A stretch of 64,000 nt of DNA from Octopus vulgaris (GCA_951406725.2 OX597835.1:33232001-33296000), one strand, 5' to 3'; positions 39,895 through 52,947 are shown, numbered from the stretch's first letter. Notes: generated from the letters alone by a model not told the origin. Translations and numbers: made by a program.

Positions 39895-40200
39895 ATCGGT
39901 TAGGGTAATCGGCTCACGGTCTTAAGGTCGTGAGTTCGATTCCGGCAGTGCGTTGTGTCCTTGAGCAACACATTTTATTTCACCTTTCTCCAGTCTACTC
40001 AGCTGGCAAAAATGAGTTGTACTTATAATTCAAAGGGCCAGACTTGGCACATTCATATTCACGTTGAGTCTCCCCGAGAACTATGTTAAGGGTACATGTG
40101 TCTGTGGATTACTCAGCCATTTGCACGTTAATTTCACGAGTAGACATTTCTGTTGATCGGATCAACTGGAACCATCGTCGTCGTAACCGACGGAGCACCA
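39895..40200 (+). mobile_element. SINE family D
   Basis: B-box gagttcgattcc followed by the family D body. Confidence 0.7.
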
Positions 40201-40219
40201 GTACAAATCATGCTTTCAA

Positions 40220-40585
40220 AAGTCGTTAGAACCTCAGACAAAACGCTTTGCTGTATTTCTTCCAAATCAACATTTCGCGTTCAAATTTCCCCACGTATGA
40301 CTATTTCTTTATTACGCACAAGGGGAAATATGGGACGCTTACTGCACCTAGGTTTCCCAAGCGGTCACCCATCTAAGTACTAACTAGGCTCGATGTTGCT
40401 TAACTTCGATGATCGGAAGAGAACCGGTGCTTTCAACGTGATATGGCCGTAAACTCTTCCACGTATGGACTTTACCTTTCATCTTTTCGAGATGTCGATA
40501 AAATATGTACCAGTTGAGCACAGGAGCCGATGTACTTGACTTAACTTCTTCCCTTACAATTACTGGCTGTGTGCCAAAACTGGAA
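40220..40585 (+). mobile_element. Old SINE family B copy interrupted by the 5S insertion
   Basis: ttcaaatttccccacgtatg | gactttacctttcatc is continuous with the family B consensus once 40300-40467 is removed. Confidence 0.65.
40335..40454 (-). pseudogene. Full-length (120 nt) 5S rRNA retrocopy fused to a SINE-B-type 3' tail
   Basis: Minus strand gtttacggccatatcacgttgaaagcaccggttctcttccgatcatcgaagttaagcaacatcgagcctagttagtacttagatgggtgaccgcttgggaaacctaggtgcagtaagcgt is an animal 5S rRNA with box A and box C; single copy, no oligo-T terminator. Confidence 0.92.
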
Positions 40586-41377
40586 AGAATTACGATATAT
40601 CTTCTAAAGGCGGAGATAACTTTTATAAATCAATCATTTATGTCGTATGGTTTGTAATATACTTGTATTTGTTTAAGTTACTCAGGTCAACTTTCAGATG
40701 TTTATGGCACTCCCCCACCACCGTTCTCACTACGATTATAATACAAATTACTTCTTTTTAGCAAGTTTTCAATCTGTTTTTTTAATTTATTTGTGTATTT
40801 ATATAGCGTCTGGCAAGTATTTATTACCTATCGTTTTTTCTGGTGATTTGTTTCAATTTTTTTATTGTTCTTTATTTTGTTATGTCTCATTGTAAAGTTT
40901 GCCATTCTGGTGTATTTATATTTATATTTTATTTTTATATTTGCTTTGTTTTGTTATTGAGATAAAATCTTGGGCATTTTTGATTTCATGATTTAAATAG
41001 ATTTTTTTTTTTTCACGATTTTGCTTACATGATTTATCGGCATATTTTTTTATGAACTAAAAACAAAAACTCAGACACAGAAGAAAAATAGAAACAGAGA
41101 GAAACAAACAGACAGAGAGAGGGGGGGGAGAAAGACGGAAATGGAGGGAGAGAAAGAAATAAAGGTAGAGAGGGAGAGACAATGAAGAGAGCTTTTATTT
41201 TTTTTACAATGTCATTAGAGGTCTTTGTGAAGTGAAAAAACATATTTCAACCATGTACTGAAATCGCGCGCATCGTCGAGGCTTCTCATTCCGCTTCGTA
41301 ACACTCTCTCGCATAACACTATTAGTAGGTATAATGTGTGGAAGGTTCTATACACGAGCAAGATTAAAACAGTTTCT

Positions 41378-41799
41378 GGATCATTTCTGTTTGAACGGCA
41401 GTTTTTCTAGCGGTGTCATATGAAATTGTCACCCATAATTATGACCCTAGTATCGATCTATTGCATTTCAATCTGTTTTAGTGTTAGGGTTAGGGTTAGG
41501 AGTGGGGGGAGGGTATCTTCTTTTCTTCATAAATGTAAATAAACCCAATCTGTTTCTTAAACGAGGGACATATTCATACGACACAGAATGTTTTTTTTAC
41601 CTCAATAGACGTAATTGATTGGTTGAAATTGCAGAAATTGAAGAAAAAAACAACAAATATCTTACAAACTATAGAATTTTCTCAATAAAGCCAAGGGACA
41701 AAGATGTGTTATAAATACATTCTACCAGTATACGAAGTTTAAAATTTTTTGGTTACCTAGAAATTATGTTAAAAACTGCCGTTCAAACCGAAAAGATCC
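41378..41799 (+). mobile_element. MITE with ~29-bp TIRs, GG termini and internal (TTAGGG)n, copy 1
   Basis: ggatcatttctgtttgaacggcagttttt ... aaaaactgccgttcaaaccgaaaagatcc; agtttct repeated on both flanks. Confidence 0.85.
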
Positions 41800-41979
41800 T
41801 AGTTTCTGGTTGTTAATTATCAGAAGCCCATTCAATATATTCGAGAATGGAATGAATGACAACTCTAACTTACCATAGTAATATGTCCTTTAAATTTATT
41901 CGTATTTATATGAATTCGATATCATTTGCTAGGTATATGGCTTTAGGACCGAAAGCTCTTCACAGTACTGAGGGTCTTT

Positions 41980-42835
41980 TTGTAATAACTATGCTTCTTC
42001 CGAAAAACCTTAGCGGCAAACTGAATTGAAACTCCTACAAACATCTACAATTGATCTCGTAACTTAGAAGAGTCTCTTACAAGGTCCATCGTACAATTGA
42101 ATGGTTGTTACAGCAAGTAGGTAAAGGACGGCAACTTCTGAACAGTGAAAAAGCAAAAACTCATCCATTGTGACCAAATTTTAAGAAGCAGAAGCATGGA
42201 AAATATTATGATGAAAAGAATAGTAGAGAATAGTAGATCAAGAAAGGTGGCGAGCTGGCGGAAACGTTAGCACGCCGGACGAAATGCTTTGCGGTATTTC
42301 GTCTGCCGTTATGTTCTGAGTTCAAATTCCGCCGAGGTCGACTTTGCCCTTCATCCTTTCGGGGTTGATGAATTAAGTACCAGTTACGCACTGGGGTCGA
42401 TGTAATCGATTTAATCCCCTTATATGTCCTTGTTTGTCCCCTCTATGTTTAGCCCCTTGTGGGCAATAAAGAAATAAGAAACGTTAGCACACTCGGCGAA
42501 ATGCTTACTGGTATTTCGTCTGTCTTTATGTTCTGTGTTCAAATTCCGCTGAGGTTGACTTTGCCTTTCAGACTTTCGGGGTCGATAAGTTAAGTACCAG
42601 TTGTGTATTGGAATCGATCTAATTGACTGGAACCCTCCCCCAAAATTTCGAGCGTTGTGCCTAGAGTAGAAAAGAATAGTAGATCAAGAGGCAGGCAAAA
42701 AACGCAATGGCCGGACAATATCAAAAGCTGGTTGGACAAGAGTAGCAAGGCAGCTGGAGAACTCGCGCTTAATCGGAGACATCCGTTGTCGCGTCATCAA
42801 TGCAATGCACCCGTACGACATACAACAATGACGAC
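41980..42835 (+). mobile_element. Decayed RTE-type LINE 3' end, interrupted by a SINE B dimer
   Basis: QILRSRSMENIMM...SRSRGRQKTQWPDNIKSW resembles the RTE C-terminal GR-x-x-x-W-x-D motif. Confidence 0.6.
42244..42673 (+). mobile_element. Head-to-tail SINE family B dimer with a 16-bp target-site duplication
   Basis: gaatagtagatcaaga flanks both sides. Confidence 0.85.
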
Positions 42836-43029
42836 TACCCAGGCATGTAAACCTTCGACAGCACAATGCTGGTTGTCGAAACACGTTACTATCAAGTGTT
42901 CGTGACAAAAACCAGTAACCATCAGCAATACAGTGACTGTAGGTAAGACATGTAACCATCAACAGTATAGCGTCCCTAGTCACGATATGCAAACATGAAA
43001 GTTAAGACATGTTTCCATGAATATTTATT

Positions 43030-43442
43030 TATTGCCCACAGGGGCTAAACATAGAGGGGACAGTCGATTACATCAATCACAGTGCGTAACTAGTACTTAT
43101 TTAATCGATCCCGAAAGGATGAAAGAGAAAGCCGACCTCGGCGGAATTTGAACTCAGAACGTAACGTCAGACGAAAGCATTTCACCCGACGTGCTAACGA
43201 TTCTGCCAGCACGCCACCCTTAAAAATATATTCTTTTCTGCCCTAGGCATAAGGCCAGAAATTTTTGGGGAGGGGGCCAGTCGATTAGATCGACTCCCGC
43301 ACGCAACTGGAACTCAATTTATCGACCCCAAAAGATGAAAGGCAAAATCGACCTCGGCAGAATTTGAACACAGAACGTAAAGACAGACGAAATACTACTA
43401 AGCATTTCGCTGGGCGTGCCAAAGTTTCTGCAGCTCCCTGCC
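43030..43442 (-). mobile_element. Two adjacent SINE family B copies
   Basis: Reverse complement of family B. Confidence 0.8.
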
Positions 43443-44139
43443 TTATGTTACCATCATTATTGTAGTTTCTCTGGTCAAGACATGTAACCATCAAAATTTG
43501 AGTCTGTTGTCAAGACGTGTAACATTTAACAGTAGTCTCGGAGCCATGTCAGTCAACCTCAAACGCTGCACTGTCTATAATCAAACAATCTTAACTCCGA
43601 CTGTCAATACACGTAACCACCAAGGGTACAGTCTAATTGTCGTCGACAATTTTCTATAACTGTAATAAATTACCAACATTTCATTATATGGCATTAATCA
43701 CCGTTAATCAGAGTACAACGTATAGTGTAAGGCCAATGGTTTTAGGCCATGACATAAATTAACAATACGGCTCTATCAATTGTTTAGTGTCAATCTCCTC
43801 AGATACTTGGGAAAACAGACACCGGATATTTAAACGTAATGAAATACAAGGTAAAGACGGTGCTGCGGCACACTAGTGTTCCACGAGACGATTCTAGGTG
43901 TGCCACTGTATAACCTGAATAATTTTCCCCTATACTTTTAGTTATGTTTTTAGTTCAGATGTTCTGCTGAATTTTGAAATGAATATGTGTACCGCAAGTG
44001 ATAAATGGTTGCGGAGCACTGCTTCAACTCGACTTACAATTCATCGTAGGTTATATCAGACACTCTTATAAATTCCTGTTCAGAATTATACTAAATATAT
44101 AGAAATTGTACACGAAATTATTCTTTCTGCTTGTATTAG

Positions 44140-44590
44140 ACAACTAGCAGGCAGAATCGGCAGCAGGCCGGACAAAAATGCATAGCGGAACGGCATTTTT
44201 TCCGGATACATTACGATTCCAGTTTATATTTCGCTGAAGATGACTTTACCGTTCATCGCTTCTGAGTCGATAAAATTAAAACCCTTGGATCATCGTAATC
44301 GATTCTTACACCTGTCCCCACATTTTAGACCTTATACCTAGAGGAGAAAGAAATATCGTTAGTGTCTCGAAATGAGGCGGTGAGCTGGTAGAATAGTTAG
44401 CACTCCGGGCAAAATATTTTGCGGTGTTTCGTCTATCTCCACGTTCTGGGTTCAAGATCCATCGAAGTCGACTTTGGTTTTTATCCTCTCGGGGGTTGAT
44501 AAATTAAGTACCAGTTATACATTGGGGTTGATGTAATCGACTAGAAATTCTTCCCCAAAATTCCTAACCTTCGTCAAACTTTGAAACCAT
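44140..44590 (+). mobile_element. Two diverged SINE family B copies
   Basis: Match family B. Confidence 0.65.
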
Positions 44591-45085
44591 TATCAGCTTC
44601 TGTACATAATTTTGATTACGGAATCTCAAATACTATACTGTCACTGTTATCCCAGGTTAGAGATGGTTGATCAGACAGACTTATGATTCAATGGACTTTA
44701 GATATAACCATTCTGTTATTCCCATGGCCGAAGGGTGTTTGGCTATACGCTGAAGAATGTGAACGAATTTTGAAGGTGATTTGTGGAAATATGAGGAAGA
44801 TGTGCTAGTTGCATTTAACAGGGTAAACAGACGCGTTGTTGTTCCATTTCGCTGGTTTGGAAAAACATAATCGTTGACTGTACTATGACTGTTTCTTGGG
44901 TTTAAAAAATGGTAAGGAAAATCCCAACTTCTAAACAAGTGGACTCCATTCACCGGGCCACAGGTCAGTACCGGGCTACACAGAAAGAATAAGTTTTAAA
45001 AAATTATATTCCTATTTCATTGAATATCGCACACTGCAAGTTTATTTTTTTTTGCATTATATTTGAATGATATATGTATTATATA

Positions 45086-45388
45086 TCACCGTGACCGAGT
45101 AGGCTATCAGATGTTGCTACACATCGCTAATCACAATGCGCTTTGCATTGTTTTAGCCTGAAAGTGACGCCACCCCGCTGGCTAAGCGAGCAGGCCAACA
45201 GAAGAAAGAGTGAGAGAAAGTTGTGGTGAAAGAGTACAGCAGGGATCGCCACCTACCCCTGCCGGAGATCGTGGCGCTTTTAGGTGTTTTCGGTCAATAA
45301 ACACTCACAACGCCCGGTCTGGGAATTGAAACTACGATCCTACAAACACGAGTCCGCTGCCCTAACCACTGGACTATTGCGCTTACAC
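45086..45388 (-). mobile_element. SINE family C
   Basis: Matches 4829-5119. Confidence 0.85.
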
Positions 45389-45601
45389 GTATTACAGATG
45401 TAATATTTAAATTGTATATCATGCATCATATTTTGTTATGCGAGTATTTAACCGATCCGAAGAAAATTGTCTTGCATGAAACCTGTCTGTGTTGCCCCCC
45501 GGCCCCAACAGGTTTGGTGACCAGCTCTAAACCTTCTTCATGGATTTTATGCCACAACAAAAGGAAACGTTATTAAATACCTTTGTTTTTTTAAAAGTAT
45601 G

Positions 45602-46027
45602 GGATCTTTTCAGTTTGAACGGCAGTTTGTAACATAATTTCTAGGTAACTAAGACATTTTAAACTTCGTATACTGGTAGAATGTGTTTATAAAACATCTT
45701 TTTCTCTTGGCTTTATTTAAAAAATTCTATAGTTTGTAAGATATTTGTTGTTTTTTTTCTTCATTTTCTGCAATTTCAACCAATCAATGACGTGTATTGA
45801 GGTTATAAACATTCCGTGCCGTATGAATATGTCCCTCGTTTAAGAAACAGATTGGGTTTATTTACATTTGTGAAGAAAAAAAGATATCCTTCCCCCCACC
45901 CCTAACCCTAACCCTAACTAACCCTAAAACAGATTGAAATGCAATAGATCGATACTAGGGTCATAATTATGGGTGACAATTTCATATGACAGCGCTAGAA
46001 AAAACTGCTGTTCAAGCCGAAAGATCT
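45602..46027 (-). mobile_element. MITE copy 2, inverted relative to copy 1
   Basis: Reverse complement of 41378-41799; (CCCTAA)n inside; aagtatg repeated on both flanks. Confidence 0.85.
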
Positions 46028-46657
46028 GAAGTATGTAGCATTGAATGTGTCATTTATTCAGTCGTGTACTTATGACGTATTCCAACAAATTTTCTTAAAG
46101 AAATTTTCTAAAGTTTTCCTGAATCACACTGCAGCAGGTCCATACATAGCAAATTCATCACCATATAGCTTCAAGAAAAGACAAATTCAGCAAACATCTG
46201 AGGTTTTTTTTTTTTTAAACTAAAGTAAAAAGAAATAAAATATATAAAAACAAAGTTAAAATAAATATTTTACTGATTCCACTCACATCTTATTCAAATT
46301 CCAAGATTATATTATTTTTGCTCAGAGGCACTTATAGGGAAATTTACAGATGTTATTACCAAGAGTGTAGTACAAGATAATTAAGAAATCTTTCTTCAGA
46401 GGACGAGACATCGATAATCATAAAGATTTTATCTTGCCCCGGGCTAGTTCTTTCATTTGATGTTCTTCCCTTTCTGCTCTTCCAATATTTTTTTTCAATA
46501 ATTATAATTACTTTTTCTCTCATTAGAAAATACATCAAACGTCACAATTAGTTAAACTTGATGATATTATGTCATTTGGTCACGTTCTTCACATGTTAAG
46601 TTCCTATATGTCCGCTGTTGACTGAACCTTTTAGCTTTTACGTACCGATGAAATCAG

Positions 46658-47380
46658 AAGCTATCAAATTGGAAGTTCGAATAAATATATTTATTACATT
46701 TCTGTTTGAGCTCCGATTTTGAGCCTGAGCCTATTTGACACAAGCCTCCACATTTTGTAAGTGGGGCGAGTGTTTTAAATCGACCCTGATGTAAGAAACA
46801 AAGGCGGTGTGTCGACAGAATCGTTATACCCATGAAATGAGAAGTAGTCAAATTGAAGGTTTAGATAAATATATTTATTACGTATCAGTTTGATTTCTTG
46901 TTTCGAGCCCGTTTCTTAAATTGGCAACGAGCCTACATATTTTGTAAGTGGGATCGAATCTTTTAAACAGACCCTAGTTTAATAGACAAAAGTGGCGTGA
47001 CGACAGAATCGTTATACCGGCGAAATCGGAAGTAATAAATTGAATGTATGAATAAATATATTTATTAGGCCTCCGTTTGATCTCTAGTTTTGAGCCTATT
47101 ACTTATATTGACACAAGCCTCCATATTTTTTGTGTGGGGTTGAGTCTCTTAAACAAACCTTAGTATAAGAAGCCGAGGCGGCGAGTTGGCAGAATCGTTA
47201 GAACATCGTATAAAATGCTAAGCGACATTTCTTCTGGATCTTTATGTTCTGAGATCAAAACACGCCAACGGCAAAATTTTATTTACGTGGAATCGAGGTT
47301 GATAAAATAAATATAGTGCTCGTCATCTACTGGGGATGATGTGATTAACTTATCCCTCCCCTCAAAAATTACTGGTTCCG
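46658..47380 (+). repeat. Three diverged ~185-bp tandem units, each ending in a SINE B head; the third continues as a SINE B (47176-47380)
   Basis: Units start near 46658, 46840 and 47029 and share ataaatatatttatta and cagaatcgtta. Confidence 0.75.
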
Positions 47381-47984
47381 AACTCTACAATGCACCAGTG
47401 TCCGGTTCACTAATATGCCATTGAAGCCGGATTGTAGTCCTTGTGAGTCCGAGAGGGCAAGCAAACGAAAATTACTTGAAACAACAACCGGTATTTTAAC
47501 AGGCAGCCTATCATAAATTGATTGGGCTCCCCATGCTGTCTAGAACATTATCTCCAGCAGGACTATGAAAATATAAGAACAAAAAGCTATAACAGTAAAT
47601 TATGTCAGGTACTTTTAATTCAACGCCCCACCGTTTCAGTCATCCACCAACCTAATTTCACTAATAAAACTTCTTACGTTTGATACAATCATAATTTATG
47701 AGGAAGTGGTAAAGAGCCGTCATATATACGGTCATATACCCTAATATGATAGGAACTTATCCTATAATGTCCTGGGTATTGCTTTAAAGTGCATTTGGTA
47801 GGAGGGCCCTGACTCCGGAGTTTCAGGGATCTTCGAGGAATGTCGGACAACCACTTAGCTACTGTTATTCTCAAGTCTACTCTGACCCTGAGCAATAGCG
47901 CCTACCAGGAGCCCAGATCTGAATTAGTACGTCATGCTATAGAATTGCCTCGAAGTTCACCCACAGCTACCCCAGCCGATCACC

Positions 47985-48312
47985 TAAGGACCCCCTTTGG
48001 TCACGAATGACTATGGGATTGCACCTAGCAAGCTTCCCTCCGAGGTACAAGTCCGGGCAAAGTTGTTTATGGAAGACCAGCAATCAGCCATGCATACCAG
48101 ACTCCCCTCTCCACATCACCGATGTTATCCAAGGGAAAGGTAAAGACCGATACGGCTTATTCCCCGTAACGTCGCAACTTATTTCTACAGCTGAGTGAAC
48201 TGGAGTAACGTGAAATAAAGTGTCTTCCTCAAGAACACGACACACAACCCGGTCCGGAAATCGAACTCACTACATCATAATTGTGAACCCAACGCTCTAA
48301 CTACTGAGCCAT
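47985..48312 (-). mobile_element. SINE family D variant with a longer, probably LINE-derived tail
   Basis: tRNA-like head near 48312, family D body, GC-richer tail. Confidence 0.6.
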
Positions 48313-48864
48313 GCTCACCCAAGAGAAGGCAACTCCTCTATACAAATCCTCCATTCTGATGACTGGAATTGTGGCTTTTATAGTACCAAACCATTACAAG
48401 TTTGAAGGACGAGAACGTTCAACTGGCTCAGCACAAACCATGCTCACTATACAGAAATGCCCATTGTGGGGTTTGCTCAGCTTTCTTTCGTAAACCCTCA
48501 ATCGCTGCAGCGACGAAAAAGTCGTCATCACTTATTCTCTAATATTCCGGTAAGATTTGAAACCATAATCTAGGTTTTAACAACATACAATTTACAAATC
48601 CACAAATTCTGCTAAACTGCGCTTCTACATTTTGTTACGCATTTAAATTGTAAAAAAAAAGTATATTGGAAAATAACAAAACTAATAAAAAAATTCATCA
48701 CAATCTGAATATTTTCGTTGTACTTTAGTTTTTCTTTCTTTCCTTCTTTCCCCCTCTCTCTACCAACTGTCCTTCACTCTCTCCCCCTTTCCCTCACTTT
48801 CACTTTTCTTTTATCTCCCCCTCACTCATACACTACATATATGTACGTGTTTGTGTTCGTACAT

Positions 48865-49566
48865 ATGCATGTATGTATGTATGTATGTATGTATGTATGT
48901 ATGTATGTATGTACGTATGTATGCGTGTATGAATGTGTGTGTGTATGTATGTATGTACGTATGTATGCCTGTATGTATGTGTGTGTGTATGTATGTATGT
49001 ATGTATGTATGTATGTATGTATGTATGTATGCATGTATGTATGTGTGTATGTATGTATGTATGTATGTATGTATGTATGTATGCATGTATGTATGTATGT
49101 ATGTATGCATGTATGTATGTATGTATGTGTGTATGTATGCATGTATGTATGTATGTATGTATGTATGTAAGTATGTATGTATGCATGTATGTATGTGTGT
49201 GTGTATGTATGTATGTATGTATGTATGTATGTGTATGTATGTATGTATGTATGCATGTATGTGTGTGTGTATGTATATATGTATGTATGCATGTATGCAT
49301 GTATGTATGTATGTATGTGTGTGTATGTATGTATGCATGAATGTATGTATGTATATGTATGTATGTATGTATGCATGTATGTATGTATGTATGTATGCAT
49401 GTATGTATGTGTGTATGTATGTATGTATGTATGTATGTGTGTATGTGTGTGTGTGTATGTATGCATGCATGTATGTATGTGTATATGTATGTATGTATGT
49501 ATGTGTGTGTATGTATGTATGCATGCATGTATGTATGCATGTATGTATGTGTGTGTGTGTGTATGT
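48865..49566. repeat. (TATG)n microsatellite
   Basis: Directly visible. Confidence 0.95.
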
Positions 49567-49749
49567 GGCAGAAGATTTAAGAAATTGCTTCGCATCGGTA
49601 GTTTCTTGATGTGAACCTATCTGATGAAACGTTTCAATTGTAAGCGCCATTCTGCCAATAAAAATGTACTATAGTTCACTCACTATTATTAACTTTCATT
49701 CCCGCTTTCTATATCGACCCATCCATTCATCCATCCATCCATCCAAAAC

Positions 49750-49821
<72 letters not shown>

Positions 49822-49846
49822 ATGTCCATCTGTCTATTTATCTATC

Positions 49847-49877
<31 letters not shown>

Positions 49878-49896
49878 CTATATCTGTCTATCTATG

Positions 49897-49933
<37 letters not shown>

Positions 49934-49954
49934 ATATATATATATATATATCTA

Positions 49955-50013
<59 letters not shown>

Positions 50014-50070
50014 ATATATATATATATATATATATCTATTTATCTATCTATCTATCTATCCATCTATCTA
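49750..50070. repeat. (TATC)n/(TA)n microsatellite
   Basis: Directly visible. Confidence 0.95.
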
Positions 50071-50271
50071 TTATCTGTGTACGAATATATGTGTGTTTGT
50101 ATATGTGTGTGCATCTGTGTGGGCGCGTGGGCACGCGTATGAATGTGATCGCTCCTGTGTGTGCACACCCGTGCGTATGTGCGCGTGTGTCAGTTGTAGG
50201 GGTTCGAAGGAGTAGAAGGAAGCCAGTGTCTGCTGCACAGTGGAATGCTGTCAGAGTAAAGAGAACTAAAA

Positions 50272-50334
<63 letters not shown>

Positions 50335-51088
50335 TACATTCTTGCCCTCTACTTTCCTTTCTCTCTTATACACACACACATTCACGCATTTACAAAATAC
50401 CACCTCGTTAAGAAAAACACAGCCAAAACAACTAAACAAAAGGCATAAATGTCAGTTAAAACCCACAATTAAATCAACAATGAAAAGCAAACGGAAAAAC
50501 ACTCAGAGAACAAGTGTGCAAAAATATCAAAAGAAACTGGAAAATCAACAACTACAAGAAACGGAAAAACGACATTAGAAAAAAAACAACAACAAAAACA
50601 CCATCACCACCAGCAACAACAACAACAATAACAACAATGGCATCAACATTTACATAAAACCTCATTTTATAAACTTCACGTTTTTAAGCAAAAACAACGT
50701 TGAGGTTGATAATGTTCCTAACGAAATAAAACAGAACATACTAATAGGAAGCTTTTGAAGCATCAGAAAATAAACTTCTGTTCAAAATGCCGCTAGAAGT
50801 CTATTTTATCCTTACAAAAGGTTTTCCTTCGGGCAGAGAATTTTTCCTGTGATGAAGCAGAGAAGAACTTTTTGTAGGGCTTCGTTCTAGGAAGCCCTTC
50901 CTGTTAATAAGAACAGGTTCTGTTTTATCTCAATTGCTGGACCTGGTCCATCGAAGCTGTCTACGTTCAACCCTGAGCATCTCTTTACCAGAACAGAATG
51001 GGAAATGTAGAAGTTACGAGAAGACAATGCATGGGAAGTTTGTAGGATATGGTGAAGACGCGGTGGATATGATTTGCTAGTCGCGTGC

Positions 51089-51646
51089 TTCGATTACTGC
51101 AAGGGAGACAGGGTACCATCGCGATCGAGTGGACTCCGGAAGGAGGAAAGGGATCGGGTGGTAAACCAGGGAAGACATGACACAGCTCTTTCTGAGGGAT
51201 ATTATAGCGTTGATAGCCTGAGTGGAGCTAGGAGGAAGATGAGCAAATGGGCTGTCTGGAGAAGGCTTCCTGCCCCATGTGCTGACAGCGCTGGAGGGTT
51301 TAAGAGCTAAGAGAGTATATTCTTCAATGCTTCTGAACAGAGTTGTACAACGCTTCTGAACCACTTCGATTACTGCACGGGAGACAGGACACCATCGCGA
51401 TCGAGTGGACTCCGGGAGGAGGAAAATGATCGGATGGTAAACCAGGGAAGACGTGACACAGCTCTTTCTGAGGGATATTATAGCGTTGATAGTTGGCCTG
51501 ATTGGAGCTAGGAGGAAGATGAGCAAATGGGCTGTCTGGAGAAGGCTTCCTGCCCCATGTGCTGACAGCGCTGGAGGGTTTAAGAGCTAAGAGAGTATAT
51601 TCTTCAATGCTTCTGAACAGAGTTGTACAACGTTTTTGAACCACTT
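51089..51646. repeat. Tandem duplication of a ~276-280-bp GC-richer unit
   Basis: ttcgattactgca...gttgtacaacg..tgaaccac occurs twice, at 51089 and 51365. Confidence 0.9.
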
Positions 51647-52069
51647 CATAATTCTCGACCATATTATACAGCATATCTCCACAAGGATGTACAACGTTTC
51701 TCAATCAAATTATAGATTTCTCGACAAGATTATGCAACAATTTTTGACCAGGTTATACAACCCTTCTTGGCCAGGTTATACAAAGTGATACTCTAAGTTT
51801 CTCAACCCAACATAGTTGTACTCGCATTTCGTTTTACAGCCGTAGGTGCTTTGAGTCATCTTACTTCTCAAATCGCGTGTTTAGCGGCAGACATTTTTTT
51901 TCTGCGTGGTTACATACGCTTTCCAGACGACCACAAACTGTGTGTATACTTAGCTGTTACATGAGGATTGCAGTCCTTGTTCAAGGGAAGATCAAAATTT
52001 AGAGCGTGTAAACTGTTTCCACCTGCAATATCAGGCGCTCAAGAATTCTAACAGCCGGAAAATGGAGCC

Positions 52070-52190
52070 GGTATACCATTCTAAAGAGGATCTATTATGG
52101 TACATTCTAAATGGATCTATGGTACATTCCAAAGAGCGTCTATTATGGTACAATTTAAAGAGGATTTATGTTATATTCTTAAGAGGACCA
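52070..52190. repeat. ~23-26-bp minisatellite (tacattctaaagaggatctattatgg)
   Basis: 4-5 diverged units visible. Confidence 0.75.
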
Positions 52191-52947
52191 GTGTGAAAGA
52201 ACCACAATGATCTCGGAAGGATAGTGAACATCATATAAGTGTAACGGACCATATCACCCAGGAGGATTTTAAATTTATAATTTAACCATTTTATCTCTCA
52301 CTTGATTCAGTAACTTGTCTGCGCCATGCTGGGGCACCACTGAGAAGGGTTTAGCCGAGCTAATCAGCAGCCCCATTTTTTCAGTCTAGTACGTAAAATA
52401 TCTTTTGCCGACCCACAAAATTACGTGGACGTGCACAAACCAACACTGGTTGCCAAGCGATGGTGAGGGATAAACAAACAAAAACACCAAACACAACTAA
52501 GTACATATAAATATACATGCACATCTATATACATATGTACACACTCGTATACACATACGCACATACACATTTGTAAATACAGAGGCGCGTGGCGTCGTAG
52601 TTAGGGACGTTGCTCTCATAGTCGTAAGATTGAGGTTTCGATTCCAGGACTGAGTGATTCATTTTTGCTGTTGAACAAAACCAATTCGTTTTATCTTGCT
52701 TCAGTTCACTCAGCAGACAGAAATGAATATTCCGGCGACAGACCGCCAATGGGGAGTATATATACCACAAATTCGGCAAACCGGTCTTGTGAGCCTTTGG
52801 TTCAAGGGAGACATTCGATATATATATGGATATACATACAGGCGCATACAAATATATACAAATATATACATATGGGTGTGTATGTGTGTGTGTGTATGTG
52901 TGTACATGTGTATGTTGGTATGTACGTAAGCATGTATATATCTTTTA

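Noticed and set aside
40335-40454. Functional 5S rRNA array gene
   Set aside because: Solitary, lacks a T-run terminator, has a TSD and a retro-tail; treated as a retrocopy.
41482-41500. (TTAGGG)n as a telomere or chromosome-fusion scar
   Set aside because: Only about three units, internal to a MITE present twice.
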